A DNA stretch of 46,715 bases from Coriobacteriia bacterium (GTDB lineage: Bacteria > Actinomycetota > Coriobacteriia > Coriobacteriales > Eggerthellaceae), in assembly GCA_030526775.1 (NCBI GenBank), contig JAUNCA010000001.1:13384-60098 (forward strand), in the 5' to 3' direction. Below are positions 41,899 to 46,715 of the stretch, in pieces (positions within the stretch are counted from its first letter, which is position 1; each line of letters opens with the position of its first letter). The translations under genes and the position numbers were made by a program. The notes under the pieces were generated by a model, which saw only the letters and a list, made by a program, of their open reading frames with translations, was not told where the DNA came from and searched no databases.

Positions 41899-43353
41899 AT
41901 GAAGGCGATGGATAGGCGCTCTGCGTTGAAGCTTGGCGCTGTGGCGGCGATGACCCCGGTGCTCGCGCAGCTTGTGGCGTGTGGTCCGGGCGGCGGCTCG
42001 GGCGGCGGAAGCGCGAACCCGACCGGTCCCATTACCCTCGAGAACATCCGCGATTTCGTTGTGGGCATCGACGAGCCCGTCGAGCTCGAAGACGGCAGCA
42101 CGCGCACGGCCATCTGCTTCGACAACGCGGCCACCACGCCCGCTTTGGTGCCGGTTATGAACGCGGTTGCCGACGAGCTGCGCATGTACGGCTCCATCGG
42201 CCGCGGCTTCTCGCAGAAGTCGGACCATTCCACCGAGCTTTACGAGGCCACGCGCGAAAAGGCGCTGTCGTTCCTGGGCGCCGATCCCGAAACCTACACC
42301 TGCTTCTATGCGAACTCGGCGACCGATGGCTTGAACAAGCTGGCGTCTGCGCTGGTGGAAAGCGAGAAGACTGTCGTCCTTACCACGCGGCTCGAGCATC
42401 ATTCCAACCTGCTGCCGTGGCGCGAGCGCTGCAAGGTGATATGCGCCGAGATGGACGACCAGGGCCGCATCATCTACGAGGATTTCGAGAAGCAGCTGAA
42501 GGAGAACAAGGTCGATTACGTTACCGTCACAGCCGCCTCAAACGTCACCGGCTACGTTACCGACGTTCATCGCGTGGCGAAGCTCGCGCATGCGCACGGC
42601 GCAAAGATAGTTGTGGACGGGGCGCAAATCGTCGCGCACCGCGCGTTTTCGATGGTTGGCGAAACCCCCGAGGAAAACATCGACTTCTTCGCATTCTCGG
42701 CGCACAAGATGTATTCGCCCTTCGGCGGCGGTGCCGTTGTGGGCCTTACCGAGGTTCTGAACGAGCACATGCCCGAGTTTTACGGCGGCGGCACGGTGCG
42801 CATCGTGGCGGACGACTGGGTAACGTATAAGGAGCCGCCGGAGAGCTACGAGGCCGGATCCCCCAACTACCCCGGGGTCGTGGGCTTGGGCAAGGCAATC
42901 GAGGTGCTCCAGGAGGTGGGGTTCGACGCCATTCAGGAACACGAGCAGGCGCTGGTGCGCAAGATGGTCGACGGTCTGCTGGCCATCGACAACATCGTTA
43001 TCTACGGCGACACCGAAGACACGACCGACCGCGTGGGCGTCGTAAGCTTCAACACGCCCGATATCAACACGCATGTGCTGGCGAAGCGTCTGGCATCGTC
43101 TTACGCCGTGGCCACGCGACGGGGTGCATTCTGCGCGCATCCGTATGTGTGGCGGCTCATGAACATTCCCGATAACGACGTGCGTGGCTTCTTGGAGTGC
43201 GTCGATGTGAATACGGCTGGTATGCTGCGCGTGAGCTTTGGCATCTACAACACCGAGGAAGAGGTGGAGGAGTTCCTGCAGGCGCTGCCCGAAGCCATCA
43301 AGCTGGCACAGGCGGACGCGGAGTTCTACAGTCGCGCCGAGCCCGCCTATTAA
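41899..43353 (+). CDS. class V aminotransferase / cysteine-desulfurase-like PLP enzyme with a Tat signal and lipobox
   Basis: MKAMDRRSALKLGAVAAMTPVLAQLVACG (twin-Arg motif plus LVAC lipobox). PLP-lysine motif FSAHKMY, TRLEHHSNLLPW, and ASNVTG. GGAGGAAGG precedes the ATG at 41899. Confidence 0.8.
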   Translation: MKAMDRRSALKLGAVAAMTPVLAQLVACGPGGGSGGGSANPTGPITLENIRDFVVGIDEPVELEDGSTRTAICFDNAATTPALVPVMNAVADELRMYGSIGRGFSQKSDHSTELYEATREKALSFLGADPETYTCFYANSATDGLNKLASALVESEKTVVLTTRLEHHSNLLPWRERCKVICAEMDDQGRIIYEDFEKQLKENKVDYVTVTAASNVTGYVTDVHRVAKLAHAHGAKIVVDGAQIVAHRAFSMVGETPEENIDFFAFSAHKMYSPFGGGAVVGLTEVLNEHMPEFYGGGTVRIVADDWVTYKEPPESYEAGSPNYPGVVGLGKAIEVLQEVGFDAIQEHEQALVRKMVDGLLAIDNIVIYGDTEDTTDRVGVVSFNTPDINTHVLAKRLASSYAVATRRGAFCAHPYVWRLMNIPDNDVRGFLECVDVNTAGMLRVSFGIYNTEEEVEEFLQALPEAIKLAQADAEFYSRAEPAY

Positions 43354-43393
43354 CGGGAGCCCTTTCTGCGAGCATTATAGATAGGAGCATGCA

Positions 43394-44044
43394 TTGAAAC
43401 ACCCCAGCCCCGAGATGGACGCGTCGGATTTCGTTTTGCTTGGCGATTTCATTCCGAGCGTCGTGCAGGAGATCCGCTACTACTCCACGTATAACTTCAT
43501 CGGCGACCGCATCGACGGCTACGAGGAGCCGGTTGCCCTGTGCACGCGCGAGTGCGCCCGTGCGTTGAAGGGCGTGGCGGCTGAGCTGGCCGCGCAGGGG
43601 TACCGCCTGAAGATATTCGACGCGTACCGGCCCACCACGGCGGTGAAGCATTTCGTGCTTTGGGGCATCGAGGAAACCGACCAACGCATGAAGGAATACT
43701 TCTATCCCGACATCGACAAGACCGATACCTTCCGGCTGGGCTACATCGCAGCGCGTTCGGCGCACAGCCGGGGCAGCGCCGTCGACCTTACGCTGCTGGA
43801 TATGGCCACCGGCCGCGAGGTGGACATGGGAAGCCCGTTCGACCTGTTCGGAGAGGTGTCTCATCCCTCGTACACGGCCATTACCGACGAGCAGTACCAG
43901 ATGCGCATGCTGCTGCAGAAGGCCATGGTGCGCAGCGGCTTCGAGCCGTACGAATGCGAATGGTGGCATTTCACGCTCGCGGACGAGCCGTTTCCGGACC
44001 GCAGCTTCGCGTTCCCCGTTTCCTCGAGCAGCGTGCGCGCGTGA
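43394..44044 (+). CDS. D-alanyl-D-alanine dipeptidase (VanX/DdpX family, M15D)
   Basis: IRYYSTYNF, FDAYRP, SAHSRGSAVDLTL and ECEWWHF motifs. TTG start after AGGAGcatgca. Confidence 0.85.
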   Translation: MKHPSPEMDASDFVLLGDFIPSVVQEIRYYSTYNFIGDRIDGYEEPVALCTRECARALKGVAAELAAQGYRLKIFDAYRPTTAVKHFVLWGIEETDQRMKEYFYPDIDKTDTFRLGYIAARSAHSRGSAVDLTLLDMATGREVDMGSPFDLFGEVSHPSYTAITDEQYQMRMLLQKAMVRSGFEPYECEWWHFTLADEPFPDRSFAFPVSSSSVRA

Positions 44045-44046
44045 AG

Positions 44047-44075
44047 ATGAGTCGGAGAACGTATCTTCGATTCGC
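44047..44075. repeat. degenerate ATGAGTC...GA(t)TC palindromic element
   Basis: ATGAGTCGGAGAACGTATCTTCGATTCGC, between convergent stops at 44044 and 44077. The loop matches the 13841 copy. Confidence 0.6.
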
Positions 44076-44076
44076 C

Positions 44077-45315
44077 TTATCCCAGGGCGGTGTCGAAGCG
44101 CTTGCACACGAACAGCAGCGCGATGCCCACGATTGAAAGCACGCCGGCGACGGCAAACGCGGGCAGGAAGGTGCCGGCCGACTCGATGGCGAAGGCCGCG
44201 GCGCTGGGGCCGAGGAACGACGCCACGGTGTAGCCCGCGTACACGAACGAGTAGTTTTGCCCGAAATTTGCCGAGCCATAGGCGTCGCCGACGATAGCCG
44301 GAACCAGCGTGACCGTGCCGCCGAAGCAGGCTCCCACAATGCTCACCGCCACCAGGAACGGCACGAACGACGTAGCTTGCGGCAAGACGAACAGCATGAC
44401 CACCGCGTTTATGGCAAGCGCGATGGAGAGCGTGTTGTAGCGCCCGATGTAGTCGGAAATGGATCCGAATCCGAAGCGGCCCGCCGTGCTGCCGAGCGCG
44501 AGCACCGCCACCATGATGGCGCCTTCGCCTGCGGTGAGCCCGGCCAGCTCCTGGCCGATATTCGAGGCGTGCCCGGTGATCATCAGGCCGCTGGTTGCGG
44601 CAACCATGAAGGCCAGGAACAGGCTGTAGAACAGGGGCGTGCGCAGCATCTGCCCGGCGCTGTAGTTGCGCTGCGAGACGGGCGCGCGTTTCACCCGGGA
44701 TTTCTGTGTGCTTGCCTCGGCGTTGCCCTCCGGCGCCCAATCGGGCGAAGGCGTGTGCAGCAGCCAGGAAAACACCAGGTAAACGACGAGCCAGATTACG
44801 CCGACGATGCGAAACGCGCTTTGCACGTCGAACGATTCGATGAGGAAATTGCCGAGCGGCGCGAAGATGATCGAGCTCATGCCGATGGCGCCGATGCACA
44901 CGCCGTTCGCGAAGCCGCGCCTATCGGGAAACCACTTGGTGACGACGGCCACGATGGTGTTGTACAGCGCGCCGTTTCCCAAACCCGCGCAGCCGCTGAA
45001 CAGCAGGTACAAAAGCCCGATGCTGTCGGCGAAGCCGGAACCGAACCACCCCAGGCCGAAAAGCACGCCGGCGCCGAGCACGATGATGCGCGACGGAAGG
45101 CGGTTCTGCAGCCAACCCGCGAGGATGCTTCCGGCAAGCGACGCGAGCATGAATAGGGAATAGACCAGCGACACTTCGGAAGTGGAGTAGCCAAACTGCG
45201 CCATAAGCGGCTTGTTGAAGATGCTCCACATGTAAATGGCGCCGGTGCCCATGGCGGTGAAAGCCCCCGCGATGAGGATGAGGTATCGGGATGGGGCTCC
45301 GCTTGTGTTCGTCAT
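44077..45315 (-). CDS. MFS transporter (oxalate/formate-antiporter-like family)
   Basis: 12 hydrophobic helices. The N-terminus RYLILIAGAFTAMGTGAIYMWSIF is typical of OFA-type MFS proteins. 412 aa. Confidence 0.8.
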   Translation of the reverse strand: MTNTSGAPSRYLILIAGAFTAMGTGAIYMWSIFNKPLMAQFGYSTSEVSLVYSLFMLASLAGSILAGWLQNRLPSRIIVLGAGVLFGLGWFGSGFADSIGLLYLLFSGCAGLGNGALYNTIVAVVTKWFPDRRGFANGVCIGAIGMSSIIFAPLGNFLIESFDVQSAFRIVGVIWLVVYLVFSWLLHTPSPDWAPEGNAEASTQKSRVKRAPVSQRNYSAGQMLRTPLFYSLFLAFMVAATSGLMITGHASNIGQELAGLTAGEGAIMVAVLALGSTAGRFGFGSISDYIGRYNTLSIALAINAVVMLFVLPQATSFVPFLVAVSIVGACFGGTVTLVPAIVGDAYGSANFGQNYSFVYAGYTVASFLGPSAAAFAIESAGTFLPAFAVAGVLSIVGIALLFVCKRFDTALG

Positions 45316-45353
45316 GCCTGGTCCTTGCTGGTTGCGTGGTTACATCGGGCGAT

Positions 45354-45359
45354 ATTATA
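45354..45359 (-). promoter_or_regulatory. candidate -10 box (TATAAT on the minus strand) for the MFS gene
   Basis: A perfect TATAAT 38 nt upstream of the ATG at 45315. The -35 is not convincing. Confidence 0.3.
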
Positions 45360-45727
45360 GGTAACCTTGCAGCATCCCGCCCGTAAACCTTCGGGATGTG
45401 CGTGCTTTTCGCAAAAACCCGAAAACGTGTCAAAGAAATGCGATAGTGCAGCAAAAGATGCGTGATCCAGCCTACTTTCGAGCTGCTAGCCATGCGTTTC
45501 CGGTTGCCTGAAAAACGCGAGCTGGGGTTATGCGCGTCGGGATTACACTAAAGAAGACCGGTGGCGGTGTGGGTGCTGTACTATCGTAATTCTTTGACAA
45601 GAATCGGGCGATTACCGAAAAGCATGCCAGAAAAGGCAGCCGATGTAACGGCTAACCGGGTTGTCTGCTCCGCCCGAGAGGGTGGTCGGGCAACTATAAT
45701 ACGGAGTTGCGGCAGGGAGGAGCTAGC

Positions 45728-46660
45728 ATGAAGGTTGCGCTGGGCGTTGATATCGGGGGGACCGCGGTGAAGGCAGGCGTGTTCTCGGTTGAGGGCGCGC
45801 TGCTTGCGAAGACGAGCTTTTCCTCCCGCGAGCCTGCAGATGAGCCCGCAAACTTGCGAATAGCGCGGGGTGTCGATGCATTTCTTGCGAATACCGGTGT
45901 TTCGGACGAGGATGTTTTGGGTGTCGGCATCGATGTCCCCGGGCCGGTCGATAGCGCGGGACATGCGGGGGTGCTACCCAACCTCGAGTTAGATGTCGAG
46001 GCCTTGCAGCGGGAAGCCAAAATCACGTTTCCGCAGGCTAATCTTGTGGTGGTGAACGATGCGAACGCAGCGGCGCTGGGTGAGCTCTGGCAAGGTGCGG
46101 CTCGTGATGTCGACAGCTTCGCGCTGGTAGCGATCGGGACCGGTGTCGGTGGCGGTTTGGTTGCGGACGGACGGCTGGTTGCCGGTGCGTTTGGCGCGGG
46201 CGGCGAATTCGGGCACCTTGTGGTGAACCGCGAGGAAACTGAGCTGTGCGGATGTGGACGAGCGGGGCACCTCGAGCAGTATGCTTCCGCCACGGGCATC
46301 GTGCGCGCCTACCTGCGGGAATGCGAGAAGCTTGGTGTAGCACCCGTGTCGCTAGACGGGCCGACCGACACGCTGTCGGTGTTCGCGGCATGCCGTGAGG
46401 GCGATAAGGCCGCAGAGCGGGCGATTGCCGCCATGGCCGATTATCTGGGCTATGCCCTCGCGCAGGTGTCCGTTGTGGCGGACCCGTCGCTGTACCTCAT
46501 CGGTGGCGGGGTTAGCGCGGGATGGGATTTGTTCGGCGATGCCCTGCAGCGCGCATTCCAGACGTACTGTTTCAAATCGTGTACGCCCGCCCGCATCGCG
46601 CCCGCAGCCCTGGGCAACGACGCCGCCCTCTACGGCAGCGCCTACCTCGCGCTTGCGTAA
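45728..46660 (+). CDS. ROK-family sugar kinase (glucokinase-like)
   Basis: LGVDIGGTAVKAG ATP motif, ROK Cys motif CGCGRAGHLEQYAS, and GGGVS. GGGAGGAG precedes the ATG at 45728. Confidence 0.85.
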   Translation: MKVALGVDIGGTAVKAGVFSVEGALLAKTSFSSREPADEPANLRIARGVDAFLANTGVSDEDVLGVGIDVPGPVDSAGHAGVLPNLELDVEALQREAKITFPQANLVVVNDANAAALGELWQGAARDVDSFALVAIGTGVGGGLVADGRLVAGAFGAGGEFGHLVVNREETELCGCGRAGHLEQYASATGIVRAYLRECEKLGVAPVSLDGPTDTLSVFAACREGDKAAERAIAAMADYLGYALAQVSVVADPSLYLIGGGVSAGWDLFGDALQRAFQTYCFKSCTPARIAPAALGNDAALYGSAYLALA

Positions 46661-46677
46661 CGCCCCAAGCGAATGTC

Positions 46678-46697
46678 CCCCAGGTGCGCACCTGGGG
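46678..46697 (+). terminator. hairpin after the ROK kinase gene
   Basis: CCCCAGGTG-CG-CACCTGGGG, 18 nt after the stop. The string TGTCCCCCAGG recurs at 46674 and 46705, right at the window edge. Confidence 0.4.
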
Positions 46698-46715
46698 AGC
46701 CGTTTGTCCCCCAGG

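Overview
46.7-kb high-GC Gram-positive chromosomal segment. Gene content (Tat/lipobox-exported enzymes, MurT/GatD-like genes, a leaderless-looking start) suggests Actinomycetota, possibly a Coriobacteriia-type gut anaerobe, but that is inference only. I can support about 40 protein-coding genes or pseudogenes and one IS110-family insertion. I found no rRNA, tRNA or CRISPR array.

Gene order, 5'->3':
- HAD phosphatase split by an IS110 element; SAM methyltransferase; MFS transporter; HEAT-repeat/zinc-ribbon protein; YgbA-like protein; lipoprotein; VOC/glyoxalase gene with an in-frame TGA.
- A Nif11-like double-glycine (GG) leader peptide followed by a Fic-domain protein.
- SRPBCC protein plus an untracked 40-aa membrane peptide; 5'-nucleotidase.
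- A minus-strand lipid cluster: SRPBCC lipoprotein, FAD-dependent fatty-acid-isomerase-like enzyme, acyl-AMP ligase, ACP.
- A DUF218-GatD-like fusion plus a MurT-like gene with an in-frame TGA.
- A second GG-leader peptide that lacks a start codon; an amino-acid ABC importer; a GNAT-SLOG fusion.
- A roughly 16-kb co-directional, tightly packed gene string (24.4-40.7 kb): precursor-like peptide, ECF-like sigma, short HlyD-like adaptor, C39-peptidase ABC exporter, second ABC exporter, STAS, membrane sensor-HAMP-PP2C-RsbW-like kinase fusion, STAS, PF06541-like membrane protein, GAF-fused MacB-type ATPase, 1099-aa FtsX permease, second PF06541-like protein.
- An unknown ORF with two in-frame TAG codons; a Tat-lipoprotein class V aminotransferase; a VanX-type dipeptidase; an MFS transporter; a ROK kinase.

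Most interesting candidate system: a peptide-export / sigma / partner-switching / ABC-pump operon, together with three dispersed peptides that share one GG-type leader motif.

Other recurring signals:
- Several families of short palindromic intergenic repeats (ATGAG...CTCAT type, ATGATGA..CCGCGG..TCATCAT type, and a 26-bp AAAAACCACGGTTGTGTGGAGCGATG type).
- Genes broken only by in-frame nonsense codons, an unusual pattern.

All family assignments come from motif recognition by eye and need HMM or BLAST confirmation.
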